Source: Malacoraja senta
Lineage: Eukaryota
Direction of reading: 5' to 3'
Assembly (NCBI GenBank): GCA_038087875.1
Contig: JAXLNO010000511.1
Location: forward strand, 186,001 to 250,000
DNA length: 64,000 nt
Shown: positions 22,101 through 36,400 of the stretch, one piece after another
How the letters are laid out: the number at the start of each line of letters is the position of its first letter
How positions within the stretch are numbered: the stretch's first letter is position 1
Position numbers and translations under genes: made by a program
Notes under the pieces: model-generated
Told to the model about the DNA's origin: nothing
Database searches by the model: none
Seen by the model: the letters and a program-made list of their open reading frames with translations, nothing else

Positions 22101-25100
22101 TTTGTCGCTTTTCGCGTGCTGAGTTTCGTCACTTTTCTCGTGATGAATTATCGTTGCTTTTCGTGTCCTGAAGGTTTGGCACTTTTAACGTGTTGAATTT
22201 TCATCGCTTTACACAGGCTGAATTTTCGTCACTTTTCGCATGCTGAATTTTCGTCGCCTTTCGCATGCTGATATTTCGTCGGCTTTCATGTCCTGAAATT
22301 TCGTCGCCTTTCACGTCCTGAAATTCCGTTTCTTTATTCATCCTGATATTACGTCGCTTTTCGCATGCTGAATTTTTGTTGCTTTCCGCGTGCTGAATTT
22401 TCGTCGCCTTTCACGTCCCGAATGTTCGTCATTTTTCGCATGCTGAATTTTCGTCACTTTTTGTGTGCTGAAATTTTGTCGCTTTTCGTGTGCTGATATT
22501 TTGTCGCTTTTCACATCCTTAAATTTCGTCACTTGTCGTGCTGAATTTTCGTTGCTTTTCACATCCTGAAGGATTGTCGCTTTTCGCGTGCTGAAATTTC
22601 GTCTCTTTTCGCATGGTGAATTTCCATCACTTTTAGTATGCTGAAATTTCGTCGTTTTTCACGACCTGAAATTTCTTCACTTTTCGCGTGCTGAATGTTC
22701 GTCCCTTTTTGCGTGCTTAATGTTCGTCGCTTTTCATGTTCTGAAATTTCGTCACTTTTTGCGTGCTGAATTTTCGTCGCTTTTCGTGTGCTGATATTTC
22801 ATCGCTTTTCACGTCCTGAAATTACGTCATTTTTGGTGGGCTGAATTTTTGTTGCTTGTCGCCTGCTGAATTGTTGTTACTTTTCACATGATAAATTTTT
22901 GTCACTTTTCACATGCTGAATTATCGTCGCTTTTTGTGTCCTGAAGGTTCGTCACTTAACGTGCTGAATTTTCATTGCTTTTCACAGGCTGAAATTTCGT
23001 CGCTTTTCGTGTGCTGAAATTTCGTCGCCTTTCATGTCCTGAAATTTTGTCGCCTTTCACATCCTGAAATTTCGTCGCTTTATTCGTCCTGATATTACGT
23101 CGCTTTTCGCGTGCTGAATTTTTGTCGCTTTTTGCATGCTGAATTTTCGTCGCTGTTTGTGTGCTTAATTTTCATCGCTTTTCGCGTCTTGAAGGTTCGA
23201 CGCTTTTCGCATGCTGAATTTTCGTCACTTTTCGCGTGCTAAAATTTCGTCGGCTTTCATGTCCTGAAATTTCGTTGCCTTTCACGTCCTGAAATTTCGT
23301 CGCTTTATTCGTCCTGATATTACATCACTTTTGGCGTGCTGAATTATTTTTCCTTTTTAGCTGGTGAATTTTCATCGCTTTTTGCGTGCTAAATTTTCGT
23401 CACTTTTCATGTTCTGAAATTTCCGTCGCTTTTCGCGCCCTGAAGGCTTGTCACTTTTCGCGTGCTCAATTTTAGTTGGTTTTAATGTCCTGAAGGTTCC
23501 TCTGTTTTCGCGTGCTGAATTTTTGTCACTTTTCACATTCTGATGTTTCGTCGCTTTCCGCATGCTGAATTTTCGTCGCTTTTTGTGCTGAAATTTTGTC
23601 GCTTTATGCGTCCTGTAATTTCGTCACGTTTTGCATGGTGAATTTTCGTCGCTTTTTGTGTGCTGAAATTTCGGCACTTTTTGTGTGCTGAAATTTTGTC
23701 GCTATTCATGTTCTGAAATGTCGTCGCTTTATGTGTCCTGTAATTTTGTCGCATTTCGCATGATGAATTTGAGTCGCTTTTAGTGTGCTAAAATTTCGTC
23801 GCTTTTCGTGTGCTGATATTTCGTCGCTTTTCATGTCCTGAAATTTCGTCACTTTTGGCGTGCTGAATTTTTGTCGCTTTTCACGTCCTGAAGGATCGTC
23901 ACTTTTCGCGTGCTGAAATTTTGTCGATTTTCGCATGGTGAATTTTCGTCACTTTTCGTGTGCTGATATTTCATCGCTTTTCACGTCCTGAAATTTCGTC
24001 ATTTTGGCAGGCTGAATTTTTGTCGCTTTTCGCGTGCTGAGTTCCGTCACTTTTCTTGTGATGAATTATCGTTGCTTTTCGTGTCCTGAATGTTTGGCAC
24101 TTTTAACGTGTTGAATTTTCATCGCTTTACACAGGCTGAATTTTCGTCGCTTTTCGCGTGCTGAAATTTCGTCACCTTTCATGTCCTGAAATTTCGTCGC
24201 CTTTCACGTCCTGAAATGTCTTCGCCTTTCACGTCCTTAAATTTCGTTGCTTTATTCGTCCTGATATTATGTCGTTTTTCGCGTGGTGAAGTTTTGTTGC
24301 TTTTCGCGTGCAAAATTTTCATCACTTTTCATGTTCTGAAATTTAGTCACTTTTCGCGTGCGGAATTTCCATCGCTTTTCGCGTCCTGGTTTGTCGCTTT
24401 TCTGGAGCTGAATTTTACACGTGCAGAATTTTCGTTTTAACGTCCTGAAAGTTCCTCTATTTTCACGTGCTGAATTTTCGTCGCATTTTGTATGCTGAAT
24501 TTTCGTCGCTTTTCGTGTGTTGAAATTTCACCGCTTTTCATGTTCTGAAATTTTGCTGCTTTCCACGTTCTGAAATTTCGCCGCTTTTCACGTTCAGAAA
24601 TTTCGTCGCTTTATGGGTCCTGATGTTTCGTCACTTTCCGCATGTGCTTCATTTTCATCGCTTTTCGCGTCTTGAAGGTTCGTCGCTTTACGCATGCTGA
24701 ATTTTCATCGCTTTTCGCATGTTGAAATTTCGTCACCTTATTCATACTGATATTACGTCGCTTTTCACGTGCTGAATATAAGTTGCTTTTTGCATGCTGA
24801 ATTTTCATCGCTTTTCACGTGCTAAATTTTCGTCACTTCACGTTCTGCGTGCGGAATTTCCGTCACTTTACGCATGCAGAATTTTAGTTGGTTTTAACGT
24901 CCTGAAAGTTCCTCTCTTTCACGTGCTGAATTTTCGTCGCTTTTCGTATGCTGAATTTTCTTCGCTTTTTCGTGAGTTGAAATTTCGCCGCTTTACACGT
25001 TCTGATATTTCGCCACTTATCACGTTGTGAAATTTCGTTGCTTTATGCGTCCTGATGTTTCGTCGCTTTCCGCATGCTGAATTGTCGTCGCATTTCAGCC

Positions 25101-28100
25101 ATGATGATATTGAATGGCAGGCTCGAAGGGCCGAGTGGCCTACTCCTGCACCTATTTTCTATGTATCTATGTATCTGTTTTGTGTCTGAAATTTCGGCAC
25201 TTTTCGTGTGTTGAAATTTCTTCACTTTTCATGTTCTGAAATTTCGTCGCTTTATGCATCCTGTAATTTCGTCGCATTTCGCATGCTGTATTTTAGTCGC
25301 TTTTTGTGTGCTGAAATTTCGTCAATTTTTGTGTGCTGAATTTTTGTCGCTTTTCGTGTGCTGATATTTCGTCGCTTTTCATGTCCTGAAGGATCGTCAC
25401 TTTTCGCGTGCTCAATTTTCGTCGCTTTTATTATGCTGAAATTTCGTCGCTTTTCACGTCCTGAAATTTCGCCACTTTTCTCGTGCTGACTTTTCGTCGC
25501 TTTTTGCATGGTGAATTTTCGTCACTTTTAGTATGCTGAAATTTCATCGCTTTTCACGTCCTGAAATTTCGTCGCTTTTCGCGTGCAGAATTCTCGTCGC
25601 TTTTCGCGTGCTGAATTTTCGTCGCTTTTCACATTCTGAAGGTTCATCACTTTTCGTGTGCCGAAATTTTGTCACTTTTGGTCTCCTGAAATGTTGTCGC
25701 TTCATGCATCCTGAACTTATGTCGCATTTCGCATCTTGAATTTACATCGCTTTTGACATTTAAATTTTTCGTTGCCTTTCGTTGTCTTGAATGTTCGTCA
25801 CTTTTCGCGTACTAAATTTTGGTCATTGGTCACGTGCTGAATTATCATCTCTTTTTGCGTCCTGAAGGTTTGTCACTTTTCATGTGCTGAATTTTCATCG
25901 CTTTTCACAGGCTGAATTTTCGTCGCTGTTTGTGTGCTTCATTTTCATCGCTTTTCGCGTCTTGAAGTTTCGTCACTTTTCGCATGCTGAATTTTCGTCG
26001 CCTTTCGCATGCTGATATTTCGTCGGCTTTCATGTCCTGAAATTTCGTCGCCTTTGACGTCCTGAAATTCCGTTTCTTTATTCATCCTGATATTACGTCG
26101 CTTTTCGCATGCTGAATTTTTGTTGCTTTCCGCGTGCTGAATTTTCGACGCCTTTCACGTCCCGAATGTTCGTCATTTTTCGCATGCTGAATTTTCGTCG
26201 CTTTTTGTGTGCTGAAATTTTGTCGCTTTTCGTGTGCTGATATTTTGTCGCTTTTCACATCCTTAAATTACGTCACTTGTCGTGCTGAATTTTCGTCGCT
26301 TTTCACATCCTGAAGGATTGTCGCTTTTCGCGTGCTGAAATTTCGTCTCTTTTCGCATGGTGAATTTCCATCACTTTTAGTATGCTGAAATTTCGTCGTT
26401 TTTCACGTCCTGAAATGTCTTCACTTTTCGCGTGCTGAATTTTCGTCCCTTTTTGCGTGCTTAATTTTCGTCGCTTTTCATGTTCTGAAATTTCGTCACT
26501 TTTTGCGTGCTGAATTTTCGTCGCTTTTCGTGTGCTGATATTTCATCGCTTTTCACGTCCTGAAATTACATCATTTTTGGTGGGCTGAATTTTTGTTGCT
26601 TCTCGCCTGCTGAATTGTTGTTACTTTTCACATGCTAAATTTTTGACACTTTTCACATGCTGAATTATCGTCGCTTTTTGTGTCCTGAAGGTTCGTCACT
26701 TAACGTGGTGAATTTTCATTGCTTTTCACAGGCTGAAATTTCGTCGCTTTTCGTGTGCTGAAATTTTGTCGCCTTTCATGTCCTGAAATTTTGTCGCCTT
26801 TCACATCCTGAAATTTCGTCGCTTAATTCGTCCTGATATTACGTCACTTTTCGCGTGCTGAATTTTTGTCGCTTTTTGCATGCTGAATTTTCGTCGCTGT
26901 TTGTGTGCTTAATTTTCATCGCTTTTCGCGTCTTGAAGGTTCGACGCTTTTCGCATGCTGAATTTTCGTCGCTTTTCGCATGCTGAAATTTCGTCGGCTT
27001 TCATGTCCTGAAATTTCGTTGCCTTTCACGTCCTGAAATTTCGTCGCTTTATTCGTCCTGATATTACATCACTTTTGGCGGGCCGAATTTTTTTTCCTTT
27101 TAACTGGTGAATTTTCATCGCTTTTTGCGTGCTAAATTTTTGTCACTTTTCATGTTCTGAAATTTCCGTCGCTTTTCGCGCCCTGAAGGCTTGTCGCTTT
27201 TCGCGTGCTCAATTTTAGTTGGTTTTAATGTCCTGAAGGTTCCTCTCTTTTCGCGTGCTGAATTTTCGTCACTTTTCACGTTCTGATGTTTCGCATGCTG
27301 AATTTGAGTCGCTTTTACTGTGCTAAAATTTCGTCGCTTTTCGTGTGCTGATATTTCGTCGCTTTTCATGTCCTGAAATTTCGTCACTTTTGGCATGCTG
27401 AATTTTTGTCGCTTTTCACGTCCTGAAGGATCGTCACTTTTCGCGTGCTGAAATTTTGTCGATTTTCGCATGGTGAATTTTCGTCACTTTTCGTGTGCTG
27501 ATATTTCATCGCTTTTCACATCCTGAAATTTCGTCATTTTAGCAGGCTGAATTTTTGTCGCTTTTCGCGTGCTGAGTTTCGTCACTTTTCTCGTGATGAA
27601 TTATCGTTGCTTTTCGTGTCCTGAAGGTTTGGCACTTTTAACGTGTTGAATTTTCATCGCTTTACACAGGCTGAATTTTCGTTGCTTTTCGCGTGCTGAA
27701 ATTTCGTCACCTTTCATGTCCTGAAATTTCGTCGCCTTTCACGTCCTGAAATGTCTTCGCCTTTCACGTCCTTAAATTTCGTTGCTTTATTCGTCCTGAT
27801 ATTATGTCGCTTTTCGCGTGGTGAATTTTTGTTGCTTTTCGCGTGCAAAATTTTCATCACTTTTCATGTTCTGAAATTTAGTCACTTTTCGCGTGCGGAA
27901 TTTCCATCGCTTTTCGCGTCCTGCTTTGTCGCTTTTCTCGAGCTGAATTTTACACGTGCAGAATTTTCGTTTTAACGTCCTGAAGGTTCCTCTACTTTCA
28001 CGTGCTGAATTTTCGTCGCATTTTGTATGCTGAATTTTCGTCACTTTTCATGTGTTGAAATTTCACCGCTTTTCATGTTCTGAAATTTTGCTGCTTTCCA

Positions 28101-31100
28101 CGTTCTGAAATTTCGCCGCTTTTCACGTTCAGAAATTTCGTCGCTTTATGGGTCCTGATGTTTCGTCACTTTCCGCATGTGCTTCATTTTCATCGCTTTT
28201 CGCGTCTTGAAGGTTCGTCGCTTTACGCATGCTGAATTTTCATCGCTTTTCGCATGTTGAAATTTCGTCGCCTTATTCATACTGATATTACGTCGCTTTT
28301 CACGTGCTGAATTTTAGTTGCTTTTTGCATGCTGAATTTTCATCGCTTTTCACGTGCTAAATTTTCGTCACTTCACGTTCTGCGTGCGGAATTTCCGTCA
28401 CTTTACGCATGCAGAATTTTAGTTGGTTTTAACGTCCTGAAAGTTCCTCTCTTTTCACGTGCTGAATTTTCGTCGCTTTTCGTATGCTGAATTTTCTTCG
28501 CTTTTTCGTGAGTTGAAATTTCGCCGCTTTACACGTTCTGATATTTCGCCGCTTATCACGTTGTGAAATTTCGTTGCTTTATGCGTCCTGATGTTTCGTC
28601 GCTTTCCGCATGCTGAATTGTCGTCGCATTTCAGCCATGATGATATTGAATGGCAGGCTCGAAGGGCCGAGTGGCCTACTCCTGCACCTATTTTCTATGT
28701 ATCTATGTATCTGTTTTGTGTCTGAAATTTCGGCACTTTTCGTGTGTTGAAATTTCTTCACTTTTCATGTTCTGAAATTTCGTCGCTTTATGCATCCTGT
28801 AATTTCGTCGCGTTGCGCATGCTGTATTTTAGTCGCTTTTTGTGTGCTGAAATTTCGTCAATTTTTGTGTGCTGAATTTTTGTCGCTTTTCGTGTGCTGA
28901 TATTTCGTCGCTTTTCATGTCCTGAAGGATCGTCACTTTTCGCGTGCTCAATTTTCGTCGCTTTTATTATGCTGAAATTTCGTCGCTTTTCACGTCCTGA
29001 AATTTCGCCACTTTTCTCGTGCTGACTTTTCGTCGCTTTTCGCATGGTGAATTTTCGTCACTTTTAGTATGCTGAAATTTCGTCGCTTTTCACGTCCTGA
29101 AATTTCGTCGCTTTTCGCGTGCAGAATTCTCGTCGCTTTTCGCGTGCTGAATTTTCGTCGCTTTTCACGTTCTGAAGGTTCATCACTTTTCGTGTGCCGA
29201 AATTTTGTCACTTTTGGTCTCCTGAAATGTTGTCGCTTCATGCATCCTGAACTTATGTCGCATTTCGCATCTTGAATTTACATCGCTTTTGACATTTAAA
29301 TTTTTCGTTGCCTTTCGTTGTCTTGAATGTTCGTCACTTTTCGCGTACTAAATTTTGGTCATTGGTCACGTGCTGAATTATCATCTCTTTTTGCGTCCTG
29401 AAGGTTTGTCACTTTTCATGTGCTGAATTTTCATCGCTTTTCACAGGCTGAATTTTCGTCGCTGTTTGTGTGCTTCATTTTCATCGCTTTTCGCGTCTTG
29501 AAGTTTCGTCACTTTTCGCATGCTGAATTTTCGTCGCCTTTCGCATGCTGATATTTCGTCGGCTTTCATGTCCTGAAATTTCGTCGCCTTTGACGTCCTG
29601 AAATTCCGTTTCTTTATTCATCCTGATATTACGTCGCTTTTCGCATGCTGAATTTTTGTTGCTTTCCGCGTGCTGAATTTTCGTCGCCTTTCACGTCCCG
29701 AATGTTCGTCATTTTTCGCATGCTGAATTTTTGTCGCTTTTTGTGTGCTGAAATTTTGTCGCTTTTCGTGTGCTGATATTTTGTCGCTTTTCACATCCTT
29801 AAATTACGTCACTTGTCGTGCTGAATTTTCGTCGCTTTTCACATCCTGAAGGATTGTCGCTTTTCGCGTGCTGAAATTTCGTCTCTTTTCGCATGGTGAA
29901 TTTCCATCACTTTTAGTATGCTGAAATTTCGTCGTTTTTCACGTCCTGAAATGTCTTCACTTTTCGCGTGCTGAATTTTCGTCCCTTTTTGCGTGCTTAA
30001 TTTTCGTCGCTTTTCATGTTCTGAAATTTCGTCACTTTTTGCGTGCTGAATTTTCGTCGCTTTTCGTGTGCTGATATTTCATCGCTTTTCACGTCCTGAA
30101 ATTACATCATTTTTGGTGGGCTGAATTTTTGTTGCTTCTCGCCTGCTGAATTGTTGTTACTTTTCACATGCTAAATTTTTGACACTTTTCACATGCTGAA
30201 TTATCGTCGCTTTTTGTGTCCTGAAGGTTCGTCACTTAACGTGGTGAATTTTCATTGCTTTTCACAGGCTGAAATTTCGTCGCTTTTCGTGTGCTGAAAT
30301 TTTGTCGCCTTTCATGTCCTGAAATTTTGTCGCCTTTCACATCCTGAAATTTCGTCGCTTAATTCGTCCTGATATTACGTCACTTTTCGCGTGCTGAATT
30401 TTTGTCGCTTTTTGCATGCTGAATTTTCGTCGCTGTTTGTGTGCTTAATTTTCATCGCTTTTCGCGTCTTGAAGGTTCGACGCTTTTCGCATGCTGAATT
30501 TTCGTCGCTTTTCGCATGCTGAAATTTCGTCGGCTTTCATGTCCTGAAATTTCGTTGCCTTTCACGTCCTGAAATTTCGTCGCTTTATTCGTCCTGATAT
30601 TACATCACTTTTGGCGGGCCGAATTTTTTTTCCTTTTAACTGGTGAATTTTCATCGCTTTTTGCGTGCTAAATTTTTGTCACTTTTCATGTTGTGAAATT
30701 TCCGTCGCTTTTCGCGCCCTGAAGGCTTGTCGCTTTTCGCGTGCTCAATTTTAGTTGGTTTTAATGTCCTGAAGGTTCCTCTCTTTTTGCGTGCTGAATT
30801 TTCGTCACTTTTCACGTTCTGATGTTTCGTCGCTTTCCGCATGCTGAATTTTCGTCGCTTTTTGTGCTGAAATTTTGTCGCTTTATGCGTCCTGTAATTT
30901 CGTCACGTTTTGCATGGTGAATTTTCGTCGCTTTTTGTGTGCTGAAATTTCGGCACTTTTTGTGTGCTGAAATTTTGTCGCTATTCATGTTCTGAAATTT
31001 CGTCGCTTTATGTGTCCTGTAATTTTGTCGCATTTCGCATGGTGAATTTTCGTCGCTTTTCGTGTGCTGATATTTCATCACTTTTCACGTCCTGAAATTT

Positions 31101-33039
31101 CGTCATTTTGGCGGGCTGAATTTTTGTCGCTTTTCGCGTGCTGAGTTTCGTCACTTTTCTCGTGATGAATTATCGTTGCTTTTCGTGTCCTGAAGGTTTG
31201 GCACTTTTAACGTGTTGAATTTTCATCGCTTTACACAGGCTGAATTTTCGTCGATTTTCGCGTTCTGAAATTTCGTCACCTTTCATGTCCTGAAATTTCG
31301 TCGCCTTTCACGTCCTGAAATGTCTTCGCCTTTCACGTCCTTAAATTTCGTTGCTTTATTCGTCCTGATATTATGTCGCTTTTCGCGTGGTGAATTTTTG
31401 TTGCTTTTCGCGTGCTAAATTTTCATCACTTTTCATGTTCTGAAATTTAGTCACTTTTCGCGTGCGGAATTTCCATCGCTTTTCGCGTCCTGGTTTGTCG
31501 CTTTTCTCGAGCTGAATTTTACACGTACAGAATTTTCGTTTTAACATCCTGAAGGTTCCTCTATTTTCACGTGCTGAATTTTCGTCGCATTTTGTATGCT
31601 GAATTTTCGTCGCTTTTCGTGTGTTGAAATTTCACCGCTTTTCATGTTCTGAAATTTTGCTGCTTTCCACGTTCTGAAAATTCGCCGCTTTTCACGTTCA
31701 GAAATGTCGTCGCTTTATGAGTCCTGATGTTTCGTCACTTTCCGTATGTGCTTCATTTTCATCGCTTTTCGCGTCTTGAAGATTCGTCGCTTTACGCATG
31801 CTGAATTTTCATCGCTTTTCGCATGTTGAAATTTCGTCGCCTTATTCATACTGATATTACGTCGCTTTTCACGTGCTGAATTTTAGTTGCTTTTTGCATG
31901 CTGAATTTTCATCGCTTTTCGCGTGCTAAATTTTCGTCACTTCACGTTCTGCGTGCGGAATTTCCGTCACTTTACGCATGCAGAATTTTAGTTGGTTTTA
32001 ACGTCCTGTAAGTTCCTCTCTTTTCACGTGCTGAATTTTCGTCGCTTTTCGTATGCTGAATTTTCTTCGCTTTTTCGTGAGTTGAAATTTCGCCGCTTTA
32101 CACGTTCTGATATTTCGCCGCTTATCACGTTATGAAATTTCGTTGCGTTATGCGTCCTGATGTTTCGTCGCTTTCCGCATGCTGAATTGTCGTAGCATTT
32201 CAGCCATGATCATATTGAATGGCAGGCTCGAAGGGCCGAGTGGCCTACTCCTGCACCTATTTTCTATGTATCTATGTATCTGTTTTGTGTCTGAAATTTC
32301 GGCACTTTTCGTGTGTTGAAATTTCTTCACTTTTCATGTTCTGAAATTTCGTCGCTTTATGCATCCTGTAATTTCGTCGCGTTTCGCATGCTGTATTTTA
32401 GTCGCTTTTTGTGTGCTGAAATTTCGTCAATTTTTGTGTGCTGAATTTTTGTCGCTTTTCGTGTGCTGATATTTCGTCGCTTTTCATGTCCTGAAGGATC
32501 GTCACTTTTCGCGTGCTGAATTTTAGTCGCTTTTATTATGCTGAAATTTCGTCGCTTTTCACGTCCTGAAATTTCGCCACTTTTCTCATGCTGACTTTTC
32601 GTTGCTTTTCGCATGGTGAATTTTCGTCACTTTTAGTATGCTGAAATTTCGTCGCTTTTCACGTCCTGAAATTTCGTCGCTTTTCGCGTGCAGAATTCTC
32701 GTCCCTTTTCGCGTGTTGAATTTCCGTCGCTTTTCACGTTCTGAAGGTTCATCACTTTTCGTGTGCCGAAATTTTGTCACTTTTGGTCTCCTGAAATGTT
32801 GTCGCTTCATGCATCCTGAACTTATGTCGCATTTCGCATCTTGAATTTACGTCGCTTTTGACATTTAAATTTTTCGTTGCCTTTCGTTGCCTTGAATGTT
32901 CGTCACTTTTCGCGTACTGAATTTTGGTCATTGGTCACGTGCTGAATTATCATCGCTTTTTGCGTCCTGAAGGTTTGTCACTTTTCATGTGCTGAATTTT
33001 CATCGCTTTTCACAGGCTGAATTTTCGTCGCTGTTTGTG

Positions 33040-33433
33040 TGCCCAACCTCGGCCTCGAGGGCGCCCCCCTTCACGGCTCCCTCCGCCTGTCACTCCACCT
33101 GTCCTCCCGCCGGTCCCTCATCCTGTCCCTCCACCTATGCCTCCGCAAGCCCCACGAGCGGCTAACTTCCGCACGCGGGCCGGCCGGGTCGTTCGCCCGC
33201 AGGTGCGTTTCGTGCCTCTGGTTCTGGGGGGGTCCTGTGGCGGCTCCCAAGGGTCGTGCCATCATAGTGTCGAACCCCTCGGCACAGGAGTGGTTTAGTC
33301 CGGAGGCGGCCCTTTGCCGGAGGCTTTAAAGGCAGGGGTTTGGGTGCCATCTTCCTCTCGTTTGGTCTTCCCTAGAACTGGGAGGAACATAATAAAAAGT
33401 GCTTCTCAAAACACGACTTCCTGCTTCATTCCG
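33040..33433 (+). mobile_element. 394-bp copy of the Gypsy fragment (13510-13903) inside the satellite
   Basis: Colinear with 13510-13903, four substitutions seen by eye; lacks the last 16 bp of the LTR and has no TSD. Confidence 0.95.
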
Positions 33434-36400
33434 TCGTGCTGGTTCATCAATTTTCGTGTGCCGACATTTTGTCGCATTTCATCTCCTGAAATGTTGTTTT
33501 TGACATTTTAAATTTTCGTCGCATTTTGCTTCCTGAAGGTTCGTCACTTTTCGCGTGCTGAATTTTCGTCGCTTTTCGCGTGTTGAAATTTCGTCGCTTT
33601 TCATGTTCTGAAATTTCGTCGCTTTATGCGTCCTGTAATTTCGTTGCTTTTTGCATGGTGAATTTTCATCGCTTTTCACAGGCTGAATTTTCGTCGCTTC
33701 TCACAGGCTGAATTTTTGTCGCTTTTCGCGTGCTGAAATTTCGTCGCCTTTCATGTCCTGAAATTTCATCGCCTTTCACATCCTGAAATTTCGTCGGTTT
33801 ATTCGTCCTGATATTACGTCGCTTTTCACTTGCTGAATTTTGGTAGCTTTTTGCATGCTGAATATCCGTGGCTTTTCACGTGCTGAAATTTCGTCGCCTT
33901 ATTCGTCCTGATATTATGTCGCTTTTCGCGTGCTGAATTTTTGTCGCTTTTCGTATGCTGAATTTTCGTCACTTTTTCGTGTGTTGAAATTTCGCCGCTT
34001 TACACGTTCTGATATTTCGCCGGTTATCACGTTATGAAATTTCGTTGCTTTATGCGTCCTGATGTTTCGTCGCTTTCCGCATGCTGAATTGTCGTCGCAT
34101 TTCAGCCATGATCATATTGAATGGCAGTGCAGGCTCGAAGGGCCGAGTGGCCTACTCCTGCACCTATTTTCTATGTATCTATGTATCTGTTTTGTGTGCT
34201 GAAATTTCGGCACTTTTCGTGTGTTGAAATTTCTTCACTTTTCATGTTCTGAAATTTCGTCGCTTTATGCATCCTGTAATTTCGTCGCGTTTCGCATGCT
34301 GTATTTTAGTTGCTTTTTGTGTGCTGAAATTTCGTCACTTTTTGTGTGCTGAATTTTTGTCGCTTTTCGTGTGCTGATCTTTCGTCGCTTTTCATGTCCT
34401 GAAGGATCGTCACTTTTCGCGTGCTGAATTTTCGTCGCTTATATTATGCTGAAATTTCATCGCTTTTCGCGTCTTGAAGTTTCATCGCATTTCGCATGCT
34501 GAATTTTCGTCGCCTTTCGCATGCTGATATTTCGTCGGCTTTCATGTCCTGAAATTTCGTTGCCTTTCACGTCCTGAACTTCCGTTTCTTTATTCATCCT
34601 GATATTACGTCGCTTTTCGTCTCCTGAAATTTTGTCGCTTCATGGATCCTGAACTTTTGTCGCTGTTTGTGTGCTTCATTTTCATCGCTTTTCGCGTCTT
34701 GAATGTTCGTCGCTTTTCGCATGCTGAATTTTCGTCGCTTTTCGCGTGCTGAATTTTCGTCGCTGTTTGTGTGCTTCATTTTCATTGCTTTTCGCGTCTT
34801 GAAGGTTCGTCGCTTTTCGCATGCTGAATTTTCGTCGCTTTTCGCGTGATGAAATTTCGTCAGCTTTCATGTCCTGAAATTTCGTTCCCTTTCTCATCCT
34901 GAAATTTCGTCGCTTTATGCGTCCTGAAATTACGTCGCTTTTCGCGTGCTGAATTTTTAATGCTTTTTGCATGCTGAATTTTCATCGCTTTTTGCGTGCT
35001 AAATTTTCGTCAATTTTCACGTTCTGAACTTTAGTCACTTTTCGCATGGGGAATTTCCATCGCTTTTCGCGTCATGAAGGTTTGTCGCTTTTCGCGTGCT
35101 GAATTTTCGTCACTTTACGTGTGCAGAATTTTAGTTGGTTTTAATGTCCTGAAGGTTCCTCTCTTTTCGCGTGCTGAATTTTCGTCACTTTTCGTATGCT
35201 TAATTTTCATCGCTTTTCATGTGTTGAAATTTCGCCGCTTTTCACGTTCTGAAATTTCGCCGCTTTTCACGTTCTGAAATTACATCGCTTTATGCGTCCT
35301 GGTGTTTTGTCACTTTCCGCATGCTGAATTTTCGACGCTTTTTGTGTGCTGAAATTTTGGCACTTTTCTTGTGCTAAAATTTCTTCGCTTTTCATGTTCT
35401 GAAATTTCGTCGCTTTATGCGTCCTGTAATTTCGTCGCGTTTTGCATGGTGAATTTTCGTCGCTTTTTGTGTGCTGAATTGTTGGCACTTTTTGTGTGCT
35501 GAAATTTCGTCGCTTTTCATGTTCTGAAATTTCATCGCTTTATGTGTCCTGTAATTTCGTCGCGTTTCATGTCCTGAAGGATCGTCGCTTTTCACGTCCT
35601 GAAGGATCGTCACTTTTCGCGTGCTGAATTTTCGTCGCCTTATTCGTCCTGATATTACGTCGCCTTTCGCGTGCTGAATTTTTGTCGCTTTTTGCATGCT
35701 GAAGTTTCGTCGCTTTTTGCGTGCTTCATTTTCATTGCTTTTCGTGTCTTGAAGGTTCGTCGCTTTCCGCGTGCTGAATTTTCGTCACTTTACGCGTGCA
35801 GAATTTTAGTTGGTTTTAATCTCCTGAAGGTTCCTCTCTTTTCGCGTGCTGAATTTTCGTCACTTTTCGTATGCTTAATTTTCATCGCTTTTCATGTGTT
35901 GAAATTTCGCCGCTTTTCACGTTCTGAAATTTCGCCGCTTTTCACGTTCTGAAATTACGTCGCTTTATGCGTCCTGGTGTTTTGTCACTTTCCGCATGCT
36001 GAATTTTCGACGCTTTTTGTGTGCTGAAATTTTGGCACTTTTCTTGTGCTAAAATTTCTTCGCTTTTCATGTTCTGAAATTTCGTCGCTTTATGCGTCCT
36101 GTAATTTCGTCGCGTTTTGCATGGTGAATTTTCGTCGCTTTTTGTGTGCTGAAATGTTGGCACTTTTTGTGTGCTGAAATTTCGTCGCTTTTCATGTTCT
36201 GAAATTTCGTCGCTTTATGTGTCCTGTAATTTCGTCGCGTTTCATGTCCTGAAGGATCGTCGCTTTTCACGTCCTGAAGGATCGTCACTTTTCGCGTGCT
36301 GAATTTTCGTCGCCTTATTCGTCCTGATATTACGTCGCCTTTCGCGTGCTGAATTTTTGTCGCTTTTTGCATGCTGAAGTTTCGTCGCTTTTTGCGTGCT

